64,000 nucleotides of DNA from an uncultured Verrucomicrobiae bacterium (GTDB lineage Bacteria > Verrucomicrobiota > Verrucomicrobiia > Chthoniobacterales > Chthoniobacteraceae), in assembly GCA_963836755.1 (NCBI GenBank), contig CAWIKF010000002.1, forward strand, positions 1,120,001 through 1,184,000. The letters run 5' to 3'. The notes beneath the pieces are model-generated. The model saw nothing but the letters and a program-made list of their open reading frames with translations, had not been told where the DNA came from and searched no databases. Position 1 is the first letter of the stretch. Each line of letters begins with the position of its first letter. The translations under genes and the position numbers were made by a program. This document shows positions 27,874-37,990 of the stretch, piece after piece.

Positions 27874-30192
27874 ATGAGAGCCAGTTTCGTGGCGATGATG
27901 TTCGCAGCCGTTGCGTTGACGGCAAAACTTTCCGCGGACGAAGCGCCGGGGAATTCGGCTTTTCGCACCATCTTCACGAAACCGCCGCAGCCGCTGCCGC
28001 TTTACGAGCAGATCGACTCGCCATTGATGGGAAATGGCGACATGGCCGCCGCGATCTGCGGCAATCCGGAAAACCAGCAGTTCTGGCTCAGCAAAAATGA
28101 CCTGTGGGAATTGCGTCCGGTCTGGTGCATGAGCGGCCCGCGCCCGTTCGGCCATCTCGACATCCAGATTCCGCAGCTCAAGAACGCGAGCTATCACGTG
28201 GAGCAAGATTTGTTCGACGCAACGACGGTCGCGACTTTTAAAACAGGCAAATCGAGCGTGAAGATGCGTTCATGGGTTTCGGCAACGGAGAATTTTCTCG
28301 TGGTCGAACTGAGTTGCGCAGGGGCGCCGGTGAGCGGCGATGTGCGGATGTGGATTCCCGCGAAGGCCAGAACCACGCCGCAGTCCGATCATCGCCCGAA
28401 ACACGGGACGGCCGATGATTGGGTGGGAGCGCCCGCCGCGCCGGTGAAGGAAAATGGCCACGGAACTTTCTCCGGCGTGAGAGCTTTCGTCGAAAATGTC
28501 GAAGTCCCCGCCGCGGTCGCCTGTGCGTTCCGATTGCAAGGCGGGGAAGGGGAGCATTTCACCCTGCGACCGGGAAAAGCGGTGGTGCTCGTCGCGGCAA
28601 TGAGGAGTTTGCGTCAAAGTAAAAACTATCTTCCCGAAGCGATTGCATGTGCGACCTCCGTGACGTCGGCCGATTTGACGAAACTTTACGCCGCGCATCA
28701 AAAATGGTGGCGCGGATTTTGGGCGAAGTCATCGGTCGAACTGGGCGATCCCGAGTTGGAATGGCGATACCATGTTTCCAACTACATCCTCGGCTCCTGC
28801 AGCCGCGACCCGGAATATCCGCCCGGCATCGCGGGCACGTGGGTCACGACCGATCAGCCGATGTGGACCGGCGCCTACACGCTCAATTACAACCACGAGG
28901 CCTGCTTTTACGGCCTTTATTCCAGCAATCACATCGAGCAGGCCGATCCCGAGGACGCGCCGATCCTGGATTTCAGGAAGCGCGGCGAATTTTACGCCGA
29001 GGTTGTTTTCAAATGCCGCGGGGTGCTTTATCCCGTCAAAATCGGCCCTGTCGGAGTCGAGACTACCGGCGATTCTCTCCATCCGAATATCGTCACACGG
29101 CCCAACGACGCGCCGTGGCTTCGGCAGAAAGGCGGACTTTTTCTCGGACAAAAAAGCGACGCCGCGTTTGGAGCGATGGATATGGCGCAGCGTTGGTTTA
29201 CGACGCGCGACCCGGCTTATGCTGAAAAAGTGTATCCGTTCGTTCGCGACGTGGCGCGGTTTTGGGAGGATTATTTAAAGTTCGAGCCGACCCCGCCCGC
29301 AATGATCAAGGCGACGGCGAATTTGCCCGAGCTTTTGCGACAACCCGCCGACGGCCGGTATGTGATTTACAACGACGGCGCGAACGAAGGCGGCCAGGAC
29401 ACGAATCCGACCTTGTCTCTGGCGATGTTGCGGACGGTTTTGAAACTCGCGACCGACCTGAGCAGCGAGTTGAACGTTGACGCGAAGGAACGGGAGAAAT
29501 GGCATTACATTCTCGCCCACCTGAGCGGCTATTCGACGCGGGAGGTCGATGGCAGAGTTATCTTTGCCCGCACGGAGAAAGATAATCCGCAAAGGACGGG
29601 GCATCATGGCTTCGGTTCCAGTATCAGTCCGATTTATCCGTCGGGCACGATCGGCCTCGGGAGTGATCCGAGGTTGCTCGAGATCGCGCGCAACACCATT
29701 TCGCAGCAGAACCAATGGGTTTCGACGAACAGCGAATCGGGTTTTTTCCCGGCCTCGGTTCGCGTCGGATACAACGCCGACATCGTTTTTAAAAAGCTTC
29801 ACGAAATGGTTTTTCAAGCCAACGGCGTCGTGTCGAATCCGATGCACATGCTGGAGAACAGCAGCATCGTTCCGAACACCGTCGACGAAATGCTGATGCA
29901 GAGCCACGAGGGAATCATCCGGTTGTTCCCCGTCTGGCCGAGGCAACACGATGCGCGATTTCACACGCTGCGGGCGTATGGAGCTTTCCTGGTCAGCGCG
30001 CGGCTCACGAACGGCAGGACGGCAGATGTCTCGATTCTGAGTGAAAAAGGAATGCCGTGCGTCGTGCAAAATCCTTGGCCCGGCTCTCGCGTATCCGTGA
30101 TCTGCAACGGCGAGACTCGGAATCTTGCGGGTGCAAAGCTCAGTTTTAAGACATCGCCCGGCGACCTGATCAAACTCGTCCCGGTGGAATAA
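27874..30192 (+). CDS. Secreted GH95-like glycoside hydrolase ((alpha/alpha)6 barrel)
   Basis: PLMGNGD, HQKWWRGFW, YTLNYN, EMLMQSHEGIIRLFPVWP, LRAYGAFLVSA; start 27874 or GTG 27850. Confidence 0.8.
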   Translation: MRASFVAMMFAAVALTAKLSADEAPGNSAFRTIFTKPPQPLPLYEQIDSPLMGNGDMAAAICGNPENQQFWLSKNDLWELRPVWCMSGPRPFGHLDIQIPQLKNASYHVEQDLFDATTVATFKTGKSSVKMRSWVSATENFLVVELSCAGAPVSGDVRMWIPAKARTTPQSDHRPKHGTADDWVGAPAAPVKENGHGTFSGVRAFVENVEVPAAVACAFRLQGGEGEHFTLRPGKAVVLVAAMRSLRQSKNYLPEAIACATSVTSADLTKLYAAHQKWWRGFWAKSSVELGDPELEWRYHVSNYILGSCSRDPEYPPGIAGTWVTTDQPMWTGAYTLNYNHEACFYGLYSSNHIEQADPEDAPILDFRKRGEFYAEVVFKCRGVLYPVKIGPVGVETTGDSLHPNIVTRPNDAPWLRQKGGLFLGQKSDAAFGAMDMAQRWFTTRDPAYAEKVYPFVRDVARFWEDYLKFEPTPPAMIKATANLPELLRQPADGRYVIYNDGANEGGQDTNPTLSLAMLRTVLKLATDLSSELNVDAKEREKWHYILAHLSGYSTREVDGRVIFARTEKDNPQRTGHHGFGSSISPIYPSGTIGLGSDPRLLEIARNTISQQNQWVSTNSESGFFPASVRVGYNADIVFKKLHEMVFQANGVVSNPMHMLENSSIVPNTVDEMLMQSHEGIIRLFPVWPRQHDARFHTLRAYGAFLVSARLTNGRTADVSILSEKGMPCVVQNPWPGSRVSVICNGETRNLAGAKLSFKTSPGDLIKLVPVE

Positions 30193-30253
30193 GCGCGAAG
30201 TTTGCGGAAAAAAGTTTCTCTCTTTTTCGCAAAGAGAAACATAGTTTTTCGCG

Positions 30254-30517
30254 ATGAAATTCACATCTCCCCTCGCCATCGGCGTTGCGCTTTTATGCGT
30301 TGGCTGTTCCGAGTCCAAGAAGCCTTTGGACACGGGCAACGCCGTCTCGGGAACGATCTGGGATCATCCGCCGTCAGCCGGTGGCTCCAATTCGGGCTCG
30401 TCCATTTCTCAAGGAGCGCGGGTCGATGTGTATGAGAGGCTGATCATTGTTTCGCTCAAAGACGGCAGTCGGCAGGTGGTGCCGATGGAGGACGTGACCA
30501 ACCTGAAGTTGCAGTAG
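30254..30517 (+). CDS. Small hypothetical lipoprotein
   Basis: Lipobox CVGC after a hydrophobic core; 87 aa. Confidence 0.7.
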   Translation: MKFTSPLAIGVALLCVGCSESKKPLDTGNAVSGTIWDHPPSAGGSNSGSSISQGARVDVYERLIIVSLKDGSRQVVPMEDVTNLKLQ

Positions 30518-30584
30518 CCTCTGCTGCGCCGATAAAGGCTTTCCAGCGGCGGCGGAAACGGGGAAGTTTTGCGCCGGCCCCGCC

Positions 30585-32786
30585 ATGACGAATTGCAAAC
30601 CTGCGCTGCTCCGTTTCGCCGGCTTCGTTGCCCGCGTGGCTTATCGCGTGTCGGCGCACGGGCTGGAGCATTTGCCGGCCGGCGGCTTCTTGCTGCTGCC
30701 GAATCATGTGACCTGGGTGGATGCGATTGTTTTACAAATGGCATGTCCGCGCCCGATCCGGTTCCTGGTCTCGGAGCCGATTTTCAATCAGCCAGCGCTG
30801 CACTGGCTGTTCCGTTTGTTGCAGGCAATCCCGATTTCGCCGCGTCACGCGAAGGACGCGGTGCGCGCCGCGGTGGAAAAAATCCGCGAGGGCGAAGTCG
30901 TCTGCATTTTTCCGGAGGGAGAATTGTCGCGCTCCGGAGTGCTGCTAAGGCTGAAGCGCGGCTATGAATTGATCGCGCGGCAGGCGGACGCGCCGGTGGT
31001 GCCGGTCTGGCTCGACCAGCTCTGGGGCTCGATCTTCTCGTTTTACGGCGGCCGCTTTTTTCGAAAAATTCCGCGCCACGTGCCGTATCCGGTGACGGTG
31101 GCGTTCGGCGCACCGCTCGTGCCCGCGGAAGCGGAAATCGCGACGGTGCGGCAGGCGTTGCTAGCGCTGGGCGAATGGTGCTACGGGCAGCGGCCGATTT
31201 TGCGCGGGCACCTGGCGGAAGCGTGTCTGCGCGGCTTGAAGCACCGGCAATTTGACATCGCGGTGATCGACGGCATCGATGGGAGCAAAACTTCGCGCGG
31301 GACAATTCTCGCTGCTGGGATCGCGTTGAGCCGGGAGTTGAAAAAAATGATCGCCAGCAAACGTGTGGCGATTGTTTTACCCGCCGGACGCGCGGCGGTG
31401 GTCGCGAATCTCGCGGTGATGCTCGCGGACAAGGTGCCGGTAAATTTGAATTTCACCGCAGGCCGCGCGGCGATCGAGGCCGCATGCCGCATCGCACAAA
31501 TCGAGCACGTCATCACGGCGGGACCGATGATGAAAAAGCTCGTCGATTTTCCATGGCCGGAGCACGTGCTGAAAATGGACGAGCTGGTCTCACCGTTGAA
31601 AAAAAAGATCATTGCGTGGCGCGCGCTCGTCGCATTGATGCCGTGGCGCGCGCTCGCGCGGATGCTCGCCATTCCAAGGCGCGGCGGGCATCGCGAGGCA
31701 GTCGTTCTTTTCACCAGCGGCAGTGCAGGAGAGCCGAAAGGAGTGGTGCTCAGCCATCGCAACCTGCTGGCGAATGTATCGCAGTTTGCATTGATGCTGA
31801 GCATGTCGCGCGGCGACTCAATTCTCGCGTGCCTGCCGTTTTTTCATTCGTTCGGCTGCACGGTCACGCTTTGGTTTCCGCTCATTGAAACCATCCGGAT
31901 CGTCACGTATCCGAACCCGCTCGACGTTTCGAAAAATGCGGAGTTGATCGAGCGCCACGGCGTGACGCTGTTGCTTTCGACGCCAACTTTTCTCCGCGCA
32001 TATCTGCGCAAAATCGAGCCGTCGCAGATCGCGAGCCTGCAGCTCATCGTGACCGGCGCGGAGAAATTGCCGGACGAACTCGCGGACGCTTTTGCCGCGC
32101 GGTTCGGAAAAAAAGTCGAGCAGGGCTATGGCCTCACCGAGACGTCGCCAGTCGTCAGCGTGAACCTGCCGGAGCCAGCAATGGAGCGGGCTGGCGACGC
32201 GGTGCAGCCGACGAGCCGCCTCGGTTCCGCGGGCAAACTTGCGCCAGGAATCGCCGCGGAAATCCGTGATCCGGAAACGGGCGCGCCGCTTTCGCTGCAC
32301 GAAACTGGCATGCTTTGGGTGCGCGGCCCGAACATTTTCGAGGGATATCTCGACGATCCAAAACGGACTGCGGAAGTGCTCGTGGACGGCTGGTTTAAAA
32401 CGGGCGATCTCGCGCGTTTCGACGAGGACGGTTTTCTTTACATCGAGGGACGGCTCTCCCGTTTTTCAAAAATCGGCGGCGAGATGGTCCCGCATGAAAC
32501 GATCGAGGCGGCCGTGCGCGAAGCGCTCGCGCTCAGCTCGGATGAGCGGTCACTCGCGGTGACTGGCGTGCCGGATGAAGCGAAAGGCGAGGCGCTCGTG
32601 TTGCTGGCGAACGTGGAAATCGACGCGGCTGATTTGCGCGCAAAGCTGATGGCAGCAGGGCTGGCGAACCTTTGGATCCCGCGCAAAATCCGGCGCGTGG
32701 AGGCGATCCCGACGCTCGCCTCCGGCAAGCTGGACCTAAAAAAATGTCGCGAGCTCGCGATGGAATCGGCTGGAGATTCGGCGTGA
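30585..32786 (+). CDS. aas: Aas-like bifunctional lysophospholipid acyltransferase / acyl-ACP synthetase
   Basis: PlsC motifs NHVTWVD and FPEG; AMP-binding FTSGSAGEPKG, GYGLTE, TGD, SGKLD. Confidence 0.88.
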   Translation: MTNCKPALLRFAGFVARVAYRVSAHGLEHLPAGGFLLLPNHVTWVDAIVLQMACPRPIRFLVSEPIFNQPALHWLFRLLQAIPISPRHAKDAVRAAVEKIREGEVVCIFPEGELSRSGVLLRLKRGYELIARQADAPVVPVWLDQLWGSIFSFYGGRFFRKIPRHVPYPVTVAFGAPLVPAEAEIATVRQALLALGEWCYGQRPILRGHLAEACLRGLKHRQFDIAVIDGIDGSKTSRGTILAAGIALSRELKKMIASKRVAIVLPAGRAAVVANLAVMLADKVPVNLNFTAGRAAIEAACRIAQIEHVITAGPMMKKLVDFPWPEHVLKMDELVSPLKKKIIAWRALVALMPWRALARMLAIPRRGGHREAVVLFTSGSAGEPKGVVLSHRNLLANVSQFALMLSMSRGDSILACLPFFHSFGCTVTLWFPLIETIRIVTYPNPLDVSKNAELIERHGVTLLLSTPTFLRAYLRKIEPSQIASLQLIVTGAEKLPDELADAFAARFGKKVEQGYGLTETSPVVSVNLPEPAMERAGDAVQPTSRLGSAGKLAPGIAAEIRDPETGAPLSLHETGMLWVRGPNIFEGYLDDPKRTAEVLVDGWFKTGDLARFDEDGFLYIEGRLSRFSKIGGEMVPHETIEAAVREALALSSDERSLAVTGVPDEAKGEALVLLANVEIDAADLRAKLMAAGLANLWIPRKIRRVEAIPTLASGKLDLKKCRELAMESAGDSA

Positions 32787-32824
32787 TCTGGATAAATCTC
32801 GCGGTTTTGTAAAACCCAACACCC

Positions 32825-33373
32825 GTGAAAACAACCCTAACTCTTTTCATTTCCGCAATCGCCGCCATGGCTCTTTGCGGATGCCAGATGTTCGAGCAAT
32901 CGCGCTCCTGGAGCGTGATCATGCACTCGCGCCAATGGTTCCGCGCCAACGATCCGCAGGGGCTCAATTACGCGCATTCGCTGCAGCGCCAGCTCGCCGC
33001 GAATGGCGTCGAGGCGCATGTGGTGACTTTCCGCTACGGCGGCGGCGGCGCTTTCACACGGAGTGCGGTTGTTTATAAAAATGAAAAGACGCCGCACCTC
33101 CCGTGGTGGCTGATGGACTCGACGCTCGCGCGTCCGGTCTGGCTGCCGAATGGGACGCTCGAGCGGCAGATTCGCTTTGCCGAGGAATTGCCCGCGGTTG
33201 AGATCATCGGCGCTGAGAACACAACCCCGATCACCTCGCCGAATCGCGAATTTGCTGCATGGACGGCAACCGATTGGGATCAACTTTTCCAGCGCAGAAA
33301 CGGCACCTCCTTTGATCCACAAAGCTCGGCCGACCGCGAAAAAATGGCGGAGCTGAAACAATCGCGCCAGTGA
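32825..33373 (+). CDS. Hypothetical lipoprotein
   Basis: Signal peptide with LCGC lipobox; fills the gap between aas and lysA. Confidence 0.65.
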   Translation: MKTTLTLFISAIAAMALCGCQMFEQSRSWSVIMHSRQWFRANDPQGLNYAHSLQRQLAANGVEAHVVTFRYGGGGAFTRSAVVYKNEKTPHLPWWLMDSTLARPVWLPNGTLERQIRFAEELPAVEIIGAENTTPITSPNREFAAWTATDWDQLFQRRNGTSFDPQSSADREKMAELKQSRQ

Positions 33374-33419
33374 TTTTCGCGCGCGCAGCGGATGGCGCGG
33401 CGGAAAATGGGGGGAGACG

Positions 33420-34706
33420 ATGGAGCTGCTGAAATTCCTCACGCCCGAGCAGGCCGAGGCGGCGCGCGCGGCCTTCGGCACGCCGCTTTACATTTACGAT
33501 GAGAGGACTTTGATCGCGCAGGCTCGCCGCGCGCTGAGTTTTCCGCACGCGTTCGGCCTCACGGTTCGCTACGCGATGAAAGCGGCGCCGAACGCGGCTG
33601 TTCTACAATTATTCGCCCAGTGCGGTTTGCACTTTGACGCCAGCTCCGGTCACGAATGCTGGAGGGCGTTGCGCGCGGGCATTCCTGCGGAAAAAATTTC
33701 GCTCAGCACGCAGGAACTTCCCGCAGATTTTGCCGAGCTCCATGCGCGCGGCATTCGCTTCAATGCCTGCTCGCTCAGCCAGCTCGTCGAGTTTGGCGAA
33801 AAGTTTTCCGGCAGCGACACCGGCATCCGTTTCAATCCCGGCATCGGCTCCGGCGGCACCGTTAAAACAAACGTCGGCGGGCCGGCGTCGAGCTTCGGCA
33901 TCTGGCATGAATGGCTGCCGCGCGTGCAGGCGATCGTCGCCCGCCACCACCTGCGCGTCGTCCGCATTCACACGCACATCGGCTCCGGCACCGACCCTGC
34001 GGTCTGGCAGCGCGTCGCGCACTTGAGCCTCGGCATCGTCCGTCAATTTCCGGCGGCGACGACGCTGAATCTCGGCGGCGGTTTCAAAGTCGCGCGCATG
34101 AGCTATGAGCACGCAACCGATCTGCAGGAAATCGGTGCACCGGTGCGCGCGGCGCTGGAGGCTTTGCACGCGGAGACCGGCCGCGCGATTCATCTCGAGA
34201 TTGAGCCGGGAACTTTCCTGCTCGCAAACTCCGGGGCGCTCGTGACGACGGTGCGGGATATCGTCCACACCGGCGAGGACGGCTATCATTTTTTAAAACT
34301 CGACACAGGCATGACGGAAATCCTCCGCCCGTCGCTCTACGCCTCGCAGCACCCGCTCATCGTGCTGCCGCATCGCTCTGTTGGCAAAATCGTCCCGTAT
34401 GTCGCGGTCGGACATTGCTGCGAATCGGGCGATCTGCTCACGCCCGCGCCGGAGCATCACGAGGTGCTCAGCGTGCGCGAATTGCCTGAAGCGCAGATTG
34501 GCGATCTCTGCGTCATCGAGGGAGCGGGCGCGTATTGCGCGGCGATGTCGGCGAAAAACTACAACTCGTTTCCCGAGGCGCCCGAGGTGCTTTTGCGCGA
34601 AAACGGCGAGCTTCGCCTGATCCGGCGCCGCCAGACTCTCGATCAAATTTTGCAAAACGAACTGCCGCTCGAGCCAACTTTCGAATCCGATGGGAAAATC
34701 GATTAA
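33420..34706 (+). CDS. lysA: Diaminopimelate decarboxylase
   Basis: GTPLYIYD, YAMKA (PLP Lys), HTHIGS, NLGGG, EPG, CESGD, GAY, NYNS. Confidence 0.93.
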   Translation: MELLKFLTPEQAEAARAAFGTPLYIYDERTLIAQARRALSFPHAFGLTVRYAMKAAPNAAVLQLFAQCGLHFDASSGHECWRALRAGIPAEKISLSTQELPADFAELHARGIRFNACSLSQLVEFGEKFSGSDTGIRFNPGIGSGGTVKTNVGGPASSFGIWHEWLPRVQAIVARHHLRVVRIHTHIGSGTDPAVWQRVAHLSLGIVRQFPAATTLNLGGGFKVARMSYEHATDLQEIGAPVRAALEALHAETGRAIHLEIEPGTFLLANSGALVTTVRDIVHTGEDGYHFLKLDTGMTEILRPSLYASQHPLIVLPHRSVGKIVPYVAVGHCCESGDLLTPAPEHHEVLSVRELPEAQIGDLCVIEGAGAYCAAMSAKNYNSFPEAPEVLLRENGELRLIRRRQTLDQILQNELPLEPTFESDGKID

Positions 34707-35169
34707 CGTCCCGGTCTTCGCGCTCGATGAAGCATTCGGTTGGGACGATCTCGAGGATGCGATCACTGGCTCTGTCGAATACCAATCCACCCACCGCGGC
34801 ATCGTGCTGCCGGTGATGTTTTTTTGCCCAATGACCACGCCGGAAAACCTCGACGCATGGGAGCCGATGAAGGAATTTCCCGAGGACCTCTTCATCGTTT
34901 CCATCGAGCGGACGATGGATGACCGGATCCTGCGCGCGCTGCGTGCGGCGGAGCCGGTGATCGGAGTCACCGCACTCGCTGCCGAGTTTCCGGCAGTGAA
35001 GGTGAACGAAGACCTGCCGATCAGCGACGTCTATCACCAGATGCTCAAAGCAAACGTCGTGTCATTCGCAATGCCGCTGCCACACAAGGATGATCCCTCG
35101 TTCTTCTTGTTACAAGGATGGGACGCCGTGAATGCTTTCAACGAAGAGTTCAGCCGTCTGGAGAAGTAA
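34690..35169 (+). CDS. Hypothetical acidic protein
   Basis: 159-aa ORF with gene-like codon usage overlapping the lysA end by 17 bp. Confidence 0.65.
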   Translation: MGKSINVPVFALDEAFGWDDLEDAITGSVEYQSTHRGIVLPVMFFCPMTTPENLDAWEPMKEFPEDLFIVSIERTMDDRILRALRAAEPVIGVTALAAEFPAVKVNEDLPISDVYHQMLKANVVSFAMPLPHKDDPSFFLLQGWDAVNAFNEEFSRLEK

Positions 35170-35258
35170 ACGGGACAAAAGTGTTTGGAAAAATCTTCTG
35201 CTGGCAAAGGCGAGGACTTTGACGCTAAGGCAATGCGCGTGACGCATTTGTTTTTCCC

Positions 35259-36968
35259 ATGGGTATTGCGAGCCAGTCGATTTCGGTGACGTCTCCAGCG
35301 CCCGCGCGGCCGAGGTTTTACGCGCGGGAGAATGTGCAGTGGGCATTTTTTTTTACCGGCCTTTTCGTGCTGCGGGTGCTCGCGGCGCGTTCGGTGCAGC
35401 TGGATTCGGATGAGCCGCAGCATCTGCACGTGGTTTGGGCGTGGGCGAATGGCCTGCTGCAATATCGCGATGTCTTTGACAATCACGCGCCGTTTTTCCA
35501 GATGCTTTGTGCACCGCTTTTCCGGCTGTTCGGCGAGCGGGCGGATATTTATTTCCCGATGCGGCTGGCGATGCTGCCGCTTTTCGCGGTCTGTCTTTGG
35601 TGCGTCTATAAAATGGGGACGACGATTGCGACGCCGCGCATCGCGATTTGGACGGCCCTTTTTGCCGGGTTTGAGCCGACGTTCTTTTTCAAGTCGAACG
35701 AATTTCGCACGGACGATCTGTGGGCGGCGCTTTGGCTGCTCGGGCTCGTCCTGCTGGTTTGCCGGCCGCTGAACAAAGCGCGCGCCTTCTGGTTCGGCGT
35801 CGTGCTCGGAATGTGTTTTTCCACCTCGCTGAAAACAGTGCTGCTCACCGTGACGCTTCTCGGCGCTGGCTCGGTGGTCGTGGCTTTTCGCATCGCTTTT
35901 CGGCAGCCGCTCGATGTGCGAAAGCATTGCGCGCACGCCGCGCTGGCGCTGCTCGGGGCGGTCATCGTGCCCGGTGCCCTCATTCTTTTTTTCGCGTGGC
36001 ATCATGCGCTTCGGGAAATGTATTACGGCACGGTTCAGCACAATGTTGTGCCGGGCTTGAAGCGCTGGGGACATTTTCGTGCGCATTTGCTTTGGTTCCC
36101 GTGCTCGATCCCGCCGTTGCTCGCGGCGACGTATTTTCTTTTTCGCCATTCTGCCTCGGCGGCAATCGCCTCCCGTCGTGCGCTGCTTTTGATTTCGCCC
36201 ATCTTTTACATCACGGCGCTTTACAGTTACTGGCCTGATATCACCGTCGAGGATTTCATTCCGTTCGTGCCGCTCGCGGCACTGATCGTGGTGCCGACGG
36301 CCTTCGCGCTCGGACGTTGGATCGAAGTGCGCACGCGCATTTCGCTGCGGGCACTGCCGGTGATGGTGGCGGTGCTCGAGGCGGCGTGTCTTTGCAAGAT
36401 GCGCCCGTGGCACAAACGCGCGCAATACGATATGAAGTGGTTCGCCGACGTGCTCGCGCTGACGAAGCCGGGCGAATACGTGATGGATGCAAAGGCCGGC
36501 GCGATCTTCCGGCCACGGCCTTATTATTACGTCATCGAGACAATCTCGCGGATGCGCTTGAGCAAAGGATTGCTGGTGGATAATCGTGCGGAGCGGATGG
36601 CTGCGACGCGCACAGCGATCGCGAATACCAACGGGCTGACGGGATTTTCGCACGACTTCATCGACGAAAACTACATCGACATTTCCCCCGGAGAAAATCT
36701 CTGCATTGCTGGGAAAATGTTGACGCCGAAGGAGCCGGGCGGCCGTGAATACGACTTCAACGTCGCGATTCCCCAGCGTTATACAATGTGGGATGCGGCC
36801 GGATTTGTTCCTGGCACACTCGACGGCACACCGCTCGTGAAGGATCGCGATCTTGCCGTCGGGGCGCACGTGTTTATGCGCGACAGCGGGACGGGCCGCA
36901 TCGCGCTCTACTGGTCGCGCGCTGCGGAGAAAGGCTATTTGCCGCCATTCAATGCGAGCCGGAAATGA
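35259..36968 (+). CDS. GT-C-fold (ArnT/PMT-like) membrane glycosyltransferase
   Basis: DSDEPQH acidic motif after TM1, YRDVFDNHAP, EFRTD, multiple TM helices. Confidence 0.75.
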   Translation: MGIASQSISVTSPAPARPRFYARENVQWAFFFTGLFVLRVLAARSVQLDSDEPQHLHVVWAWANGLLQYRDVFDNHAPFFQMLCAPLFRLFGERADIYFPMRLAMLPLFAVCLWCVYKMGTTIATPRIAIWTALFAGFEPTFFFKSNEFRTDDLWAALWLLGLVLLVCRPLNKARAFWFGVVLGMCFSTSLKTVLLTVTLLGAGSVVVAFRIAFRQPLDVRKHCAHAALALLGAVIVPGALILFFAWHHALREMYYGTVQHNVVPGLKRWGHFRAHLLWFPCSIPPLLAATYFLFRHSASAAIASRRALLLISPIFYITALYSYWPDITVEDFIPFVPLAALIVVPTAFALGRWIEVRTRISLRALPVMVAVLEAACLCKMRPWHKRAQYDMKWFADVLALTKPGEYVMDAKAGAIFRPRPYYYVIETISRMRLSKGLLVDNRAERMAATRTAIANTNGLTGFSHDFIDENYIDISPGENLCIAGKMLTPKEPGGREYDFNVAIPQRYTMWDAAGFVPGTLDGTPLVKDRDLAVGAHVFMRDSGTGRIALYWSRAAEKGYLPPFNASRK

Positions 36969-37024
36969 TCTGGGCTTTGCGTCGTTCTTGCAATTTCGGG
37001 GTGCAACACTTAATCGTTTGACCC

Positions 37025-37981
37025 ATGCGTTCCCCAGTTCTCCTCGCCATCGTTTCGACCTTTCTCGGACTACTTTTACCTCATGCGAATGCGGCTTCGC
37101 CGAAGAAGCTTTTGGTGGTCACGACGACCACCGGGTTCAGGCACAGCTGCATTCCACTTTCCGAAAAGATATTGACCCAACTTGCCGAAAAGAGCGGCGA
37201 GTTCACGTTGGATTTTGTCGACCAGCCGCCAGGCAAACCGAATCCGCCGAAAAAAGTCGCGCCGCTAAAATCCGACGCGACTGAGGCGGAGAAAACCGCT
37301 TACGCCGCGGCGCAAGAAAGTTTTAAGACAAAGCAGGAGAGCTACGAGACGGCTGAGAAGGCATGGGACGAAAAGCTAAAGCAGGCATTGGAGAAGCTCA
37401 GTCCCGAATCGCTGAAGAACTATGATGGGGTGGTCTTTGACAGCACCACGGGCGATTTGCCAATTCCCGACAAGCAAGGGTTCTTGGACTGGATCAAGGC
37501 GGGGCACGCTTTCATCGGTATCCATTCAGCGGGCGATACGTTCCACGGCTGGCCCGGTTACATTGAGATGTTAGGTGCCGAGTTTAACCGCCACGGAGCG
37601 CAAGTCGGCTTCGAATGCATCGTCAAAGACCGACACCATCCAGCAACCGCGAACCTTGCAGCGACATGGGTCATTCAACAGGAAGAGGCTTATACGTTTA
37701 AAAATTACGATGCGTCGAAAGTTCACGAACTGCTCGTGCTCGACCATAATGCCAATGACAAGACGCCCGGAAACTTTCCGATGAGCTGGTGCAAAGACTA
37801 CGGCAAAGGAAAAGTTTTTTATACCGCACTTGGTCACCGCGAAGACCTCTGGGACAGCGACCCATCCATCAAGGATCGCAAGAATTCAGTGGAACTCAGC
37901 AAAGCCTTTCAAGCTCACGTTCTCGGCGGCATTGAATGGGCGCTGGGATTGAAGCCAGGCGATGCAACTCCGCAGAAGTAA
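37025..37981 (+). CDS. Exported ThuA domain protein
   Basis: TTGFRHSCI, FIGIHSAGDT, YGKGKVFYTALGH, GGIEWALG. Confidence 0.88.
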   Translation: MRSPVLLAIVSTFLGLLLPHANAASPKKLLVVTTTTGFRHSCIPLSEKILTQLAEKSGEFTLDFVDQPPGKPNPPKKVAPLKSDATEAEKTAYAAAQESFKTKQESYETAEKAWDEKLKQALEKLSPESLKNYDGVVFDSTTGDLPIPDKQGFLDWIKAGHAFIGIHSAGDTFHGWPGYIEMLGAEFNRHGAQVGFECIVKDRHHPATANLAATWVIQQEEAYTFKNYDASKVHELLVLDHNANDKTPGNFPMSWCKDYGKGKVFYTALGHREDLWDSDPSIKDRKNSVELSKAFQAHVLGGIEWALGLKPGDATPQK

Positions 37982-37990
37982 GGAGAGACT

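Noticed and set aside
35034..36869. 611-aa minus-strand ORF
   Set aside because: Arg/His-rich antisense shadow of the GT-C membrane gene, with no motifs
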